From: an uncultured Desulfospira sp.
GTDB taxonomy: Bacteria; Desulfobacterota; Desulfobacteria; Desulfobacterales; Desulfobacteraceae
DNA length: 64,000 bases
Direction: 5' to 3'
Assembly: GCA_963663165.1 (NCBI GenBank)
Contig: OY760175.1
Span: 2,336,001-2,400,000 of the forward strand
Every line of letters begins with the position of its first letter. Within the stretch, counting starts at the first letter, position 1. A program made the position numbers and the translations under genes. Under the pieces are notes generated by a model. The model ran no database searches. It saw only the letters and a list, made by a program, of their open reading frames with translations, and had not been told where the DNA came from. Positions 49,269 to 60,639 of the stretch are shown in pieces.

Positions 49269-49569
49269 TACGTCTTAATCATAAACTTCTGCCCGAATCG
49301 GGAATCTGTTTAAAATTCATTGTACCGGACCTGAAAATAGACAATTTCAAAAGGCGCTGCTAACGTTTGCGTCTTTTTTTTTGACGTTTTAGTCCAATAA
49401 GCGAAGGGGCAGGCCTTAAATTTACGAACACCTCCACAGAACGAGGGCAAAACCATAGGTGCCCATGGTTATTAAAGGGTTTTGTCCACCGAATCGGTTT
49501 TTTCTTCAATACGGTGAAAATTTAAAATCGAAGTTGCAAATTGCACCAGTTTGTGGTATGCCCTATTTT

Positions 49570-50751
49570 ATGGCACTCATTCAAAGATCCATAGCGCCTG
49601 TAGTTCGGTCTCTGGCGGCCCAATATCCGGTTGTGACCATCACAGGACCCCGACAGAGCGGGAAAACAACGATCTGCAGGCAAATTTTCAAAGACAAGCC
49701 CTATGCGAACCTTGAATTTCCTGATACCCGGCAGTTTGCAATAGATGACCCCAGAGGATTTCTAGCCCAGTTCCCAGACGGTGCGGTACTTGATGAAATA
49801 CAGCGGGCCCCGGATTTAACATCGTATATTCAGCCAATGGTTGATGAAAATCCAGCCGCAGGGCAGTACATTTTGACTGGAAGTCAGCAATTTGAAGTAC
49901 GTTCCAGTGTCAATCAATCCCTTGCAGGACGTTCGGCGCTGGTTAGACTGCTTGCTTTTGATCTCAATGAAATTTCATCCGGCTATGAGGTGCCGGATTC
50001 CAATGAACTGCTGTATAAGGGGTTCTATCCCCGAATCTGGGATCAGGGCCTGAATCCGACCCAGGCGTTAGGTGATTATTACGAAACCTATATCGAACGG
50101 GATTTGCGGCAGCTTGTTACCATCAAGGATTTGAATCTGTTTCAAAAATTTATCAAATTGTGTGCCGGGCGCATCGGACAACTGCTGAATGTGAGTTCCC
50201 TTGCCAACGACACCGGCGTGTCCCATACCACGGCATCCAACTGGATTTCCATTTTAGAAGCAAGTTTCATCCTTTTTCTTTTAAATCCGTATCATGCAAA
50301 CATTTCCAAGCGACTGGTCAAATCCCCTAAACTGTATTTTTATGATGTGGGTCTTGCCTCGTTTCTGCTGGGCATAGAGACCATGGAACAAATTTTCAGA
50401 GACCCGTTGCGCGGCAATCTTTTTGAAAACATGGTCATTGCCGAGGCATTAAAATTCCGCTTTAACCAGGGCAGACGCAGCAATCTTTATTTTTACCGTG
50501 ACAGCAAGGGAAACGAAGTCGATCTTGTATTTTCATCCGGTTCTATGCTGTTCCCTGTTGAAATCAAGTCAGGAATGACTGTCACCCGTGATTATTTCAA
50601 GGGGTTGAACCATTTTAAAGCCCTGTTTGAACCCCACATGCCCAATGGATGCGGCCTGGTTTACAACGGCATGGACGCCCAGAACCGCTCGGATGTTTCA
50701 ATCGTTCCCCTTGACAAGCTTCATCAGCTTTTCGGCCGGTCATGCAGTTGA
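49570..50751 (+). CDS. AAA_14 ATPase with DUF4143 domain
   Basis: GPRQSGKTT, LDEIQR, TGSQ, SLAGR, KSPKLYFYDVG, EVDL...VEIK. Confidence 0.92.
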   Translation: MALIQRSIAPVVRSLAAQYPVVTITGPRQSGKTTICRQIFKDKPYANLEFPDTRQFAIDDPRGFLAQFPDGAVLDEIQRAPDLTSYIQPMVDENPAAGQYILTGSQQFEVRSSVNQSLAGRSALVRLLAFDLNEISSGYEVPDSNELLYKGFYPRIWDQGLNPTQALGDYYETYIERDLRQLVTIKDLNLFQKFIKLCAGRIGQLLNVSSLANDTGVSHTTASNWISILEASFILFLLNPYHANISKRLVKSPKLYFYDVGLASFLLGIETMEQIFRDPLRGNLFENMVIAEALKFRFNQGRRSNLYFYRDSKGNEVDLVFSSGSMLFPVEIKSGMTVTRDYFKGLNHFKALFEPHMPNGCGLVYNGMDAQNRSDVSIVPLDKLHQLFGRSCS

Positions 50752-50942
50752 TTTCGTAATTTCGCAAAATTGAATCCCGGGGACCGGATATCAAGCTGCT
50801 CGGGGTCACCCGTTTTTTGACCGTCACACAGAACGGTACCCGCTGATCCTGAGAGTCTTGCGATAGTTAACCTGCCCTTGCGCTGCCCCGCCTGTACCAA
50901 AATCAAACCCTCAGGTACAAGACCCTGTCCTGCTTCCATGGT

Positions 50943-52718
50943 ATGTCATGCCCCATGGAAGATAAAAATATAACAAACGGGTTTGTGCGGCTGGCCGGAT
51001 TTGCCGCGCCTTTCCGGGGGCGGTATCTGGCATCGGCAGCCTGGGCCGTTCTCGGGGTGGCCTGTGCCATGATTCCCTATGCCGCCGTGTCGCAGGTCAT
51101 TATCAGGCTGGCACAAGGGCAGCGCTCTTTGGGCGGATATCTTGCCTGGTTTGCCCTGGCGGCACTGGGGTACCTGTGCAGGGTCTGGTTTCACGGTCTT
51201 TCCACCCGCATCTCCCATCTGGCCACCTTTGCCGTGATTTCACAAATCCGGCGCCGGATTGCGGCAAAGCTTGCCCGGGTGCCCATGGGATATATCCTGA
51301 ACACCCCATCGGGGCGGTTGAAAAACACCCTGGTGGAAAAGGCTGCGAGCATTGAGCCGGCCCTGTCCCATGTTCTGCCGGAAATGACCGCCAACCTCCT
51401 GATTCCCCTTGTTATTATTTCAACCATATTTTTCCTGGACTGGCGCATGGCCCTGATCAGCCTGATCACCCTGCCGGTGGGAGCCTTCTGCTTCATGATG
51501 ATGATGAAGGATTACCAGGACCAGTATGCCGGTTACATGGCTGCGGGCAAACAGATGAATGCCGCGGCCGTGGAATATATCAACGGCATTGAGGTGATCA
51601 AGACCTTTGGCGGGTCTGCCGCATCCCATAAAAAGTTTGCCCATGCCGTATCTGCCAATGCCGAGTACGGCGTGGCCTGGACAAAAAGCGTCCAGGGCTA
51701 TTTTGCCATGAGCATCGGGATCTGGCCGTCGGTGCTGATCGGGGTGCTGCCCCTAGGCTGCCTGTTTTTGCAGAACGGCTCGCTGAGCGCTTCAGTGTTC
51801 ATCACCATCATGATTCTGGCCCTGGGAATTTTTCCCTGCCTGCTCAGCATTCTGTTTTACCTGGATGACCTGGCAAAAATCGGCACCACCATGAACGATA
51901 TCGGTGACGTGCTGGACCAAAAGGAGCTGAAGCGGCCTGACGCCTTTGTTGTTCCGGGCCCCATGGACATTAAACTGTCCGGTGTCGGCTTTTCCTATGG
52001 CCGCACCCGTGTTCTGGACAATCTGTCCCTAGTGATCCCCCAGGGCCGGGTAACCGCCCTGGTGGGGCCGTCGGGCAGCGGCAAAAGCACCATCGCCCGG
52101 CTCATCACCTCTTTCTGGGATGTGGACAAAGGGGCTGTCACCATTGGCGGAACAGATGTAAAAAACATCCCTTTTGAGCAGCTGAACGGGTGGATCTCCT
52201 ATGTGGCCCAGGACAACTATCTTTTTGACACCACGGTTATGGAAAATATCCGCATGGGTGATCCAAAGGCTTCGGACCAGGCAGTGATGGATGCGGCAAA
52301 GGCGGCCGGATGCCATGGGTTTATCACGGCCCTTGAACAGGGGTATCACACCATGACCGGCGGGGGCGGCACCCGTCTTTCCGGAGGAGAGCGCCAGCGG
52401 ATCACCATTGCAAGGGCCATGCTGAAAAACGCCCCCGTGGTCATTCTTGATGAAGCCACCGCCTACGCAGACCCGGCAAATGAGGCCAGGCTCCAGCAGG
52501 CCATTGCAGGGCTTGTCAGGGGAAAAACCCTGATTGTCATTGCCCACCGTCTTTCCACCATCACAAATGCTGACCGGATCGTGGTGCTGAACCAGGGCCA
52601 AATCCAGGGTATCGGCACCCACAGGGAACTTTTATCCGGGTGCGGGCTTTACCGGCAGATGTGGCATGCCCATGTCAGTGTCAAAGATGAACCGGAAAAG
52701 GAGCTGTGCCGTGGTTGA
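50943..52718 (+). CDS. ABC transporter permease/ATPase (YbtP/IrtA-like)
   Basis: SHLATF, EYINGIEVIK, GPSGSGKST, LSGGERQR, ILDEATA. Confidence 0.9.
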   Translation: MSCPMEDKNITNGFVRLAGFAAPFRGRYLASAAWAVLGVACAMIPYAAVSQVIIRLAQGQRSLGGYLAWFALAALGYLCRVWFHGLSTRISHLATFAVISQIRRRIAAKLARVPMGYILNTPSGRLKNTLVEKAASIEPALSHVLPEMTANLLIPLVIISTIFFLDWRMALISLITLPVGAFCFMMMMKDYQDQYAGYMAAGKQMNAAAVEYINGIEVIKTFGGSAASHKKFAHAVSANAEYGVAWTKSVQGYFAMSIGIWPSVLIGVLPLGCLFLQNGSLSASVFITIMILALGIFPCLLSILFYLDDLAKIGTTMNDIGDVLDQKELKRPDAFVVPGPMDIKLSGVGFSYGRTRVLDNLSLVIPQGRVTALVGPSGSGKSTIARLITSFWDVDKGAVTIGGTDVKNIPFEQLNGWISYVAQDNYLFDTTVMENIRMGDPKASDQAVMDAAKAAGCHGFITALEQGYHTMTGGGGTRLSGGERQRITIARAMLKNAPVVILDEATAYADPANEARLQQAIAGLVRGKTLIVIAHRLSTITNADRIVVLNQGQIQGIGTHRELLSGCGLYRQMWHAHVSVKDEPEKELCRG

Positions 52719-54441
52719 AACCATCGTTAAATTCTTTGCCTTTGCCGGCCCCCGCAAAAAGGATCTGTATAAAGCAATTGCCTGGTCGTTTGCCGATGCC
52801 TTTTTCCAGGGGCTGCAGATTGTGGCCCTGTATGTGGTGCTTAAAGACGTTGTTTCCCAGTCGGTTACACCGGCCACCGCCTGGATCAGCTTCGGGCTGA
52901 TGCTAACCGGCATGGCCGGGACCATTGCGGCCAAAGCCGCTTCAATGATTTTCCAGATCCAGGGCAGTTTTGCCATGTGCGCCGACCACAGAATCCGCAT
53001 GGCCGACCGCATGAGGTACATGCCCATGGGATATTTCAACAGCAACAGTTTAGGCCGGATCACCGCCACTGTCACCACCACCATGGAAGATATCCAGGAC
53101 ATGGCCTCCAATGTCCTTTGCCGGATTATTTCAGGCGTTGTGCACGGGGCCGTGATCACCCTGATACTGACGGCCATGGACCTTCGCATCGGCATGATCG
53201 CCCTTTCCGGGGAACTGATTTTCCTGGCGGCAAACAGGCAGATGCAGGCGTTGTTTAAAAAGATCTCCCCGGCCCGGATGGCGGCCAAAACAGCCCTTGT
53301 GGCCGCAGTCCTTGAGTATGTCCAGGGCATGGGCGTGGTCCGGTCGGTCCACCAGAGCGCCGAAGCCCGTAAAACCATAGACCGGTCCATAGCTGACTGT
53401 CAGAGGCAGAATGCCGCCCTGGAGCTTGCCTTTTTGCCGTTTTTTGCCGTGCAGACCCTGGTGCTGAAATTGACCAGCCTTGCCATGGCCCTTGCTGCCG
53501 TACTCTTTTATCTGAATTCAACCATGACCCTTCCCTTGTGCCTGCTCATACAGGTTAGCTCGTTTATTATCTTCAGCCAGATGGAATCCGCCGGCAGTGT
53601 GTCAGCCCTGCTCAGGACCATTGATCTTAGCCTGGACCAGGTGCAGCAGATATATCAGATCCCGGTGATGGATGAAACAGGCTGCAAGATCACACCGGAC
53701 AGCATGGATATCCGGGCGGAAAATCTGGTTTTTTCCTATGGCGGCAAACGGATCATTGATGATGTGGGGTTTGAAATTCCTGGGGGCCGGACCGTGGCCA
53801 TTGTGGGACCGTCCGGGGGCGGGAAAACCACATTGTGCAATCTCATCGCCCGGTTCTGGGACCCGGATTCCGGGGCGGTTTATCTTGGGGGGCACGATCT
53901 GACCAGTTATTCCCTGGACAGTCTGATGCCCCATTTTTCAATGGTGTTCCAGCGGGTCTATCTGTTCAACGACACCATTGGCAACAACATTGGCTTTGGC
54001 TGCCCGGGTGCAGGGCCTGCAGCTGTCCGGAAGGCTGCTGAAAAGGCCTGCTGCCATGAATTTATCAAAGCGTTGCCCCAGGGGTATGACACCCTGGTGG
54101 GAGAAGGCGGGGCCACTTTGTCCGGCGGGGAAAGGCAACGGATCAGTATTGCCCGGGCCATATTAAAAGATGCCCCGGTCATTATTCTTGACGAGGCCAC
54201 GGCCAATGTGGACCCGGAAAACGAATCCCTGCTCAGGGCCGCCATTGGGGAACTGACCCGGGACAAAACCGTGATCATGATCGCCCATAAACTTAAAACC
54301 GTGCGCCATGCCGACCGGATATGGGTCCTGGACAAAGGCCGGATCATTGAACAGGGCCCCCATGACCGGTTGATGGCCCAAGGCGGCCTTTATGCAGAAT
54401 TTATCGGTATAAGGGAAAAGTCGGCGGGATGGAAAATTTAA
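52711..54441 (+). CDS. ABC transporter permease/ATPase (YbtQ/IrtB-like)
   Basis: MPMGYF, EYVQGM, GPSGGGKTT, LSGGERQR, DEATANVDPENE. Confidence 0.9.
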   Translation: MVETIVKFFAFAGPRKKDLYKAIAWSFADAFFQGLQIVALYVVLKDVVSQSVTPATAWISFGLMLTGMAGTIAAKAASMIFQIQGSFAMCADHRIRMADRMRYMPMGYFNSNSLGRITATVTTTMEDIQDMASNVLCRIISGVVHGAVITLILTAMDLRIGMIALSGELIFLAANRQMQALFKKISPARMAAKTALVAAVLEYVQGMGVVRSVHQSAEARKTIDRSIADCQRQNAALELAFLPFFAVQTLVLKLTSLAMALAAVLFYLNSTMTLPLCLLIQVSSFIIFSQMESAGSVSALLRTIDLSLDQVQQIYQIPVMDETGCKITPDSMDIRAENLVFSYGGKRIIDDVGFEIPGGRTVAIVGPSGGGKTTLCNLIARFWDPDSGAVYLGGHDLTSYSLDSLMPHFSMVFQRVYLFNDTIGNNIGFGCPGAGPAAVRKAAEKACCHEFIKALPQGYDTLVGEGGATLSGGERQRISIARAILKDAPVIILDEATANVDPENESLLRAAIGELTRDKTVIMIAHKLKTVRHADRIWVLDKGRIIEQGPHDRLMAQGGLYAEFIGIREKSAGWKI

Positions 54442-54540
54442 AACCTGTAAACCATAACAGGAGAGACCGTTTTTTTTATGTTTGAGTTAGGTTTTACTTA
54501 TCTTGTATTAAATGACATATAAAAAAAGAGGAGATGAAAG

Positions 54541-56598
54541 ATGAATTGCAGAACTTTTTGTATGATAATTGCAGCCGGTTTTGTGCTGCATACGGCCCCG
54601 GGGGCCAGGGCCGGGGAGTTGTCCGCCGGGGAGCCACCCGCCAAAGACCCCGTGGCCATAGAGTCCATTACGGTAACCGCCAATAAAACCGAGGAAAACG
54701 CCCAGGAAATCCCCATGAGCATCACGGTGATCGACGACATTGAGATCCAGGACCGCTCCATAGATACCACGGAACGGCTCTTCCAGCGCATGCCCAACAT
54801 GCACATGACCAAGATGGGGCCTGTGGGGCTCTCCCAGAACATTGCCGCAGTCAGGGGGATCTCATCGTTCATGACCGGCGGGGATGTGTTCGGCTTTTTT
54901 GTGGATGATGTATTTTACCCGTCTGCCGACATCAACCTCATGGATGTCGAGCGCATTGAAGTGTTAAGGGGCCCCCAGGGCACCCTGTATGGAAAAAACA
55001 CCGAGGCCGGTGTCATCAACATCATCACCAGAACCCCTGAAAATGACTGGGGCGGGGAGATATCCCTTTCCTATGGGAATTACGACACCTTTGAAACCGT
55101 GCTGGCCGGCGGCGGGGCCCTTGTTAGGGATAAGCTGTTCCTGCGCCTGGCCGGCCGGTACATGGGGTCTGACGGATATTTCACCAATACCGTGGACAAT
55201 GACGACACCGTGGATGAAAAAAAGAACTATGACGGGCGGCTCTCCCTGCGGTACCTGCCGGCCGACAACCTCACCGCAGACCTGAAGATCAACTGGCAGA
55301 AGTATGACTCAAACTATGCCGAGTTCACCACCTTTGACAGGGTCATGGACAACGACTTTGATATCAGCGTCAATGATCCCGGCCATGCGGACAAGGATTT
55401 TTCCAATGCCTCGTTAAAGATCGCCTGGGACATGGATACCGTCCGGCTGACCTCCATTACCACGGCCCTGGACAGTGATGCGGTCTATGGAAATGATATG
55501 GATTTCACTTCATATGATTTCTACCGGTTTGAGGCAGGCATGGACAGATCGCTGCTCACCCAGGAACTGCGGTTAAATTCGAGGTCCGGCAATGCCCTGA
55601 AATGGACGGCCGGGGCCTATTTTTTTTCAGGGCAGGATGACCAGAGCATTGTGTATGACATGGTGCCCTATAATGTGACGGCACAGCTTTACGGCAACAC
55701 CGACGCCACGGGTATGGCCGCCTTCGGCCAGGTTGACTACACCTTGAATAAATGGGTTTTCACCGCCGGATTACGGTATGAATACGAGGAAAAAACCTTT
55801 GATTATGAGTGGAAGGGCGGTGCCATGGTCGGTTATACCCCCTGTGCCGGTTCCACGGAAAAGGATTTTGATGCCCTGTTGCCCAAATTTGCCTTAACCT
55901 ACCATGCCACGGATCACTTCAGGCCCTATGCCAGCGTGACCAAAGGGTTTAAAAGCGGCGGGTTCAACTTAAGCACGGACCCCGGCGTGGCCTATGATGC
56001 GGAATACACCTGGAACTATGAGCTCGGATTTAAAAGTGAGCTTGCCGGCAACCGGGTCCAGTTCAATGCGGCCCTGTTTTATATTGACTGGAAGGATCTT
56101 CAGGTGGAACAGCCCTCCTATCCCGACTACATCGTAGAAAATGCGGCCCAGGCCACCAGCAAGGGCGTGGAGGTGGAAGTGATCCTTCGCCTTCTGGCAG
56201 GACTTGAGGTTTACGGTAGCCTGGGATATGTGGATGCCACCTTTGACGAATACACCAATGACGGGGTTGACTATTCAGGAAAGGATATCCCCAACGCCCC
56301 GTCCCATACCTACAGCCTGGGCGCAACATACCGTTTCCTTGACCACTGGATGGTCAATGCCGAACTCAACGGCACCGGCACCATCTATTACGAGGCAGAC
56401 AATGAAAAATCCCAGTCCAGCTACCGGATTGTGGATGTAAAGGCCGGATATGAGACAGACCGTTTTGATGTTTATGTATGGGCCAATAACCTGTTTGACC
56501 AGGCCTATGCCACCCGGGCCTTTGAGATGAGCGGGCAGTGGTGGGCCAGAAACGGGGACCCTTTGACCTTTGGGTTAACCTTCAGGTACAGATTCTGA
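54541..56598 (+). CDS. TonB-dependent receptor (FyuA-like)
   Basis: ITVTANK, DVERIEVLRGPQGTLYG, TQELRL, GFKSGGFN, C-terminal YRF. Confidence 0.95.
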   Translation: MNCRTFCMIIAAGFVLHTAPGARAGELSAGEPPAKDPVAIESITVTANKTEENAQEIPMSITVIDDIEIQDRSIDTTERLFQRMPNMHMTKMGPVGLSQNIAAVRGISSFMTGGDVFGFFVDDVFYPSADINLMDVERIEVLRGPQGTLYGKNTEAGVINIITRTPENDWGGEISLSYGNYDTFETVLAGGGALVRDKLFLRLAGRYMGSDGYFTNTVDNDDTVDEKKNYDGRLSLRYLPADNLTADLKINWQKYDSNYAEFTTFDRVMDNDFDISVNDPGHADKDFSNASLKIAWDMDTVRLTSITTALDSDAVYGNDMDFTSYDFYRFEAGMDRSLLTQELRLNSRSGNALKWTAGAYFFSGQDDQSIVYDMVPYNVTAQLYGNTDATGMAAFGQVDYTLNKWVFTAGLRYEYEEKTFDYEWKGGAMVGYTPCAGSTEKDFDALLPKFALTYHATDHFRPYASVTKGFKSGGFNLSTDPGVAYDAEYTWNYELGFKSELAGNRVQFNAALFYIDWKDLQVEQPSYPDYIVENAAQATSKGVEVEVILRLLAGLEVYGSLGYVDATFDEYTNDGVDYSGKDIPNAPSHTYSLGATYRFLDHWMVNAELNGTGTIYYEADNEKSQSSYRIVDVKAGYETDRFDVYVWANNLFDQAYATRAFEMSGQWWARNGDPLTFGLTFRYRF

Positions 56599-56616
56599 TT
56601 TAATGATGGAACAGGA

Positions 56617-57216
56617 ATGAATAAAAAAACAAACGGGCTCAGTGTAAAAGATCTGGTGACCTGCGGGATTTTTTCAGCCCTATATATTGTCTTCATGTTC
56701 ATGGGGGGGCTTTTTTTCGCCCCCAATCCAATGCTGACCTTTTTAACGCCCATGGGCATGGCGCTGCTTACAGGCCCTGTGTACCTGCTGTTCGTCTCCA
56801 TGACCGGCAAACCCTTTGCCGTGACCCTTTTAGGGATTGTCACAGGAGGACTGGTCTTTGCCACAGGCATGTTCTGGCTGTGGGCCCTGGCCTGCCCGGT
56901 TCTGGCCTTTGGGGCCGATCTCATTGCAGGGTTGGGCAAATACCAAAGCAAAACACTGAATGTTATCTCCTTTCTGTTATACGCCCTGAACCCCATGGGC
57001 TCCTATGTCATGCTGCTCATCAACCCGGACGCCTATACCCGGTATCTCATGGGAAGGGGAACGGATCCGGCCTATATGAATACCATGCTGGCCCGGTTCA
57101 AGAGCTGGATGATTCCGGGAATGGCCGCGGGCACCCTGGTCTGTGCCGCCATAAGTGCACTTTTAGGGTGTTATCTGCTTAAAAAGCAGTTTGAAAGGGC
57201 CGGGATCACGCGATGA
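56617..57216 (+). CDS. MptD-family ECF transporter S component
   Basis: LSVKDLVTCGIFSALY...LLKKQFERAGI. Confidence 0.88.
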   Translation: MNKKTNGLSVKDLVTCGIFSALYIVFMFMGGLFFAPNPMLTFLTPMGMALLTGPVYLLFVSMTGKPFAVTLLGIVTGGLVFATGMFWLWALACPVLAFGADLIAGLGKYQSKTLNVISFLLYALNPMGSYVMLLINPDAYTRYLMGRGTDPAYMNTMLARFKSWMIPGMAAGTLVCAAISALLGCYLLKKQFERAGITR

Positions 57217-57962
57217 CCCCTGCATTTTTCAAACACGGTGCCGCAAGATCCGGCCCAGGCCTTGACGGCAGGACCAAAATTGTGCTTCTTGTGTGGGCAA
57301 CGGTTCTGTCCGCTGCCTGCCCCGGTTCCGGCTACCAGATCGTGCTGTGTATTTCGGTGCTTGTGCTTGCCGCAATGTCCGGACTTGTCTCTTATTCGGC
57401 AAAAATTTTGCTTTTCTATGGTGCCGTACTCTTTTCCCAGCAGGCTGCCGCCCTTTTTCTGCAAGGCCCGGTTGCCCTTGTTTTTCTCTCTTTTTTCATG
57501 CTGGTCCAGAAACTTTTTCCCACCATTGTGCTTGGCACGCTTCTGGTTCAGACCACCCGGGTGTCGGAATTCATGTTTTCCCTGGAGTGGCTCGGCCTGC
57601 CCCGGGAACTGACCATTGCCGTTGCCGTGATGCTGCGGTACTTTCCCAGTGTCAAGCAAGATTTGGGGGCCATCAAAGATGCCATGCGCATGAGAGGGCT
57701 GTCTTTGTCTCTGGCAGGCTTTGTAAAAAATCCGCTTTTAACGGTGGAGTGCCTCTATGTGCCGGTGATGCTGTCCGCCTCCCGGCTGGCCGATGAATTG
57801 TCCGCAGCCAGTGCGGCAAGGGGAATTGAAACCCCGGGGAAGCGCACCTGTTTTTCAGTAAAGGGGTTTCACGGGTTTGACCTGTTCTGTGTTGTCCTGT
57901 TCTGCGGCCTGACCCTCCTGCTTTTTGTGCCCCTTTCCAAAGTCACCCGGGGGGTGCCGTGA
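57213..57962 (+). CDS. ECF transporter T component
   Basis: LDGRTK, TT..SEF, RYFP...IKDAMRMRG, ADELSAASAARG. Confidence 0.9.
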   Translation: MTPAFFKHGAARSGPGLDGRTKIVLLVWATVLSAACPGSGYQIVLCISVLVLAAMSGLVSYSAKILLFYGAVLFSQQAAALFLQGPVALVFLSFFMLVQKLFPTIVLGTLLVQTTRVSEFMFSLEWLGLPRELTIAVAVMLRYFPSVKQDLGAIKDAMRMRGLSLSLAGFVKNPLLTVECLYVPVMLSASRLADELSAASAARGIETPGKRTCFSVKGFHGFDLFCVVLFCGLTLLLFVPLSKVTRGVP

Positions 57963-59389
57963 TCCAAATTGAAAATGCATCGTTCAGGTACACCCGCATG
58001 GACACGGGCGTCACCGATATCAGCCTTGCTGTAAGTCCCGGGGAATGCGTCCTTTTATGCGGTCCCAGCGGCTGCGGCAAAACCACGCTGACCCGCATGG
58101 TAAACGGGCTGATTCCCCATTTTTACCAGGGGGATTTTTCAGGCCGGGTCAAAGTGGCCGGCTTAAGCGTTGCAGACTCTCCGCTCCACCGGATTGCCGG
58201 TTGCGTAGGTTCGGTCTTCCAGAATCCCAGGACCCAGTTTTTTAATGTGGATACAGACGGCGAGATGGCATTCAGCCTTGAAAATGCCGGGGTCGATCCG
58301 GAAACCATTTGCCGGAAAATGGCCCGGACCACCAGGGACCTGAATCTTGAGCCCCTGCTCGGACGCAGCCTGTTTGAACTGTCCGGCGGCGAAAAACAGA
58401 AAATCGCCTTTGCATCGGCCTATGCATATTCCCCGTCAATTTTTGTCCTGGACGAACCTTCGGCCAACCTTGATTCGGACAGCATCCGCACCCTGAAAAA
58501 ATACCTGGCCCTGCTCAAAGCCCAGGGCAAAACCATCATTATTGCAGAACACCGGCTCTATTACCTCATGGGCCTTGCGGACCGGATCATTTACATGGCC
58601 TGCGGCACCATCAAAGCCAGGTATTCTTCTGATGAATTCATGGCCATTCCCGAAAAAGAACTTGCATCCATGGGGCTTCGCAGCAGAACACCGGGGGCGT
58701 ATCCCAAAAGTCTGTTTGCGCCCCACAACCAAAAAACGCAAAAAAAGCTTGTCATAGAGTCCATGAGCGCCCGATACAAAAAAGAACCTGTGATTGAAAA
58801 TATCAGTCTGACCGCCCGGTCCGGACAGATCATCGGACTTGTGGGCGGCAACGGTGCCGGCAAATCCACGTTTATCCGGACCCTGGCAGGCCTTCATAAA
58901 AAAGAGCGGTCCAGGATCACCTGGCAGGGCCGGCCGGTTTCAGCAAAAAAACGCCTTGCCGCCTCCTATCTGGTCATGCAGGACACAGGGTTTCAGCTCT
59001 TTGCCGAAAGCGTCACCCGGGAATGCATGTTCGGCCTGAAAAATCCGGATACCGGACTGATCAAGGAAACACTGGAAAATTTAGGCCTGGCCCCTTTGGG
59101 AAAGCGCCATCCCCACACCCTTTCCGGGGGCCAGAAACAGCGGCTGGCCATTGCTGCGGCCATGGCCTGCGGCAAAGAGATCCTTTTATTTGACGAACCC
59201 ACCTCCGGACTGGATTACGGCAGCATGATCCGGGTCAGGAACCTGTTTTACGATCTGGCCGCCCGGAACAAGCTGATTTTTGTGATTTCCCATGATGATG
59301 AATTCTTAGGAGCGGTCTGCTCACGCATTATCCGGCTCCACCAGGGCAGGATAGTAAAGGATTATATCTGCCCGGGAACTGATTTTTGA
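57959..59389 (+). CDS. ECF transporter duplicated ATPase
   Basis: Two NBDs (GPSGCGKTT/LSGGEKQ and GGNGAGKST/LSGGQKQ); FQNPRTQFF. Confidence 0.93.
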   Translation: MIQIENASFRYTRMDTGVTDISLAVSPGECVLLCGPSGCGKTTLTRMVNGLIPHFYQGDFSGRVKVAGLSVADSPLHRIAGCVGSVFQNPRTQFFNVDTDGEMAFSLENAGVDPETICRKMARTTRDLNLEPLLGRSLFELSGGEKQKIAFASAYAYSPSIFVLDEPSANLDSDSIRTLKKYLALLKAQGKTIIIAEHRLYYLMGLADRIIYMACGTIKARYSSDEFMAIPEKELASMGLRSRTPGAYPKSLFAPHNQKTQKKLVIESMSARYKKEPVIENISLTARSGQIIGLVGGNGAGKSTFIRTLAGLHKKERSRITWQGRPVSAKKRLAASYLVMQDTGFQLFAESVTRECMFGLKNPDTGLIKETLENLGLAPLGKRHPHTLSGGQKQRLAIAAAMACGKEILLFDEPTSGLDYGSMIRVRNLFYDLAARNKLIFVISHDDEFLGAVCSRIIRLHQGRIVKDYICPGTDF

Positions 59390-59439
59390 AATCAGCCGAA
59401 CCGCCCTGGTACGTGATCCGTTGAAGAGAATTATCTGGT

Positions 59440-60384
59440 TCATTGCCTGAATACATCTCTCAGTGCGCCTGCTACGTGCTGGTTTGCCAGCCTGGCAACA
59501 TCAAACAGTGCGCCAAAAGAAAAAAAGCCGTGATACATGTTTTCATAGCAATGATAAAAGGTTCTGACGCCCGCGGCCCGTAATTTATGAGCATAAGTTT
59601 CCCCCTCATCCTTTAAAGGATCAAACTCGGCAGTAATAATATACGCCGGGGCCAGACCGGAGAAGTCCTTTTCCCTTAAAGGAGAAACAATCGGATCCGA
59701 CAGATTTCCATCTGCATATAATTCCCCCATGGTATATTTAACAATGTCTGTTTGGAGGAAAGTACTATGCTCAAGCCGGCTCCGGGTCTCACACGCCACA
59801 TCTACCACGGGATAAATCGGTATCTGGAGCAGCGGCTGCGGGGTCCCTTCCCGTTTGGCTTTATGGGTCACTGCACAGGTTAGATATCCTCCGCCGCTGT
59901 CACCGGCAATGGCAATCCTGTCCTGGTCTGCGCCAATCTCACTCCCGTTTTGCTGGAGATACCGTAAAACTGCGTAACAATCCTCTATGGCTGCCGGGCA
60001 TTTATGTTCCGGGGCCAGGCGGTACGCCGGTGCCAGGACAATACAATCTGCTTCCTGGGATAATACGGAGTTCTGACCATGGTAATCATCTGGAGACAGA
60101 AGGCATACCCCGCCTCCGTGGAAGTAGGCCAAGGCCGGCAAGGGCTGGTCAATTTTCCTCGGAACGTAAAGCTTACAACGGATTTCACCTTCTGGACCAG
60201 GAATGTAAATATCTTTCATCCTATGCAGATTCCTGACCGGCGGATCAATGGTTTTCCAGAATTCACTGTTCATGGATCTCCATTCTTTTATGGGGATATC
60301 TCTGGGGGAAGGCGCGTTTTCCATACCTTTCAGGAAAACATCCAGCCATGCATTCACCTGAGGATCTTTGCATCTCATCATCAT
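59440..60384 (-). CDS. HSL-family esterase/lipase
   Basis: HGGG, YRLAPEH, GDSGGG, FDPLKDEG, HGF. Confidence 0.92.
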   Translation of the reverse strand: MMMRCKDPQVNAWLDVFLKGMENAPSPRDIPIKEWRSMNSEFWKTIDPPVRNLHRMKDIYIPGPEGEIRCKLYVPRKIDQPLPALAYFHGGGVCLLSPDDYHGQNSVLSQEADCIVLAPAYRLAPEHKCPAAIEDCYAVLRYLQQNGSEIGADQDRIAIAGDSGGGYLTCAVTHKAKREGTPQPLLQIPIYPVVDVACETRSRLEHSTFLQTDIVKYTMGELYADGNLSDPIVSPLREKDFSGLAPAYIITAEFDPLKDEGETYAHKLRAAGVRTFYHCYENMYHGFFSFGALFDVARLANQHVAGALRDVFRQ

Positions 60385-60639
60385 TATCCTTTTTAAAAAT
60401 TAAAAATTCAACATAGAATACTATATATCGGTTACCTGTGTGCTGTTGTGTACAATATATGGTATATGAAGTCAAACCAATTACCCTGGTTATCCGGAGA
60501 ACAACCTTTTTACCAGATCAAAAAGGAGAATGGCTTGTCTTTCATGCCATCCATTTAAGGGATAACACCTAATCCATCATACAGGCGGCCGGTCCGAATA
60601 TTGCGGTTCCCGTCATTCAGGGCAGGATAGCAACGGATT

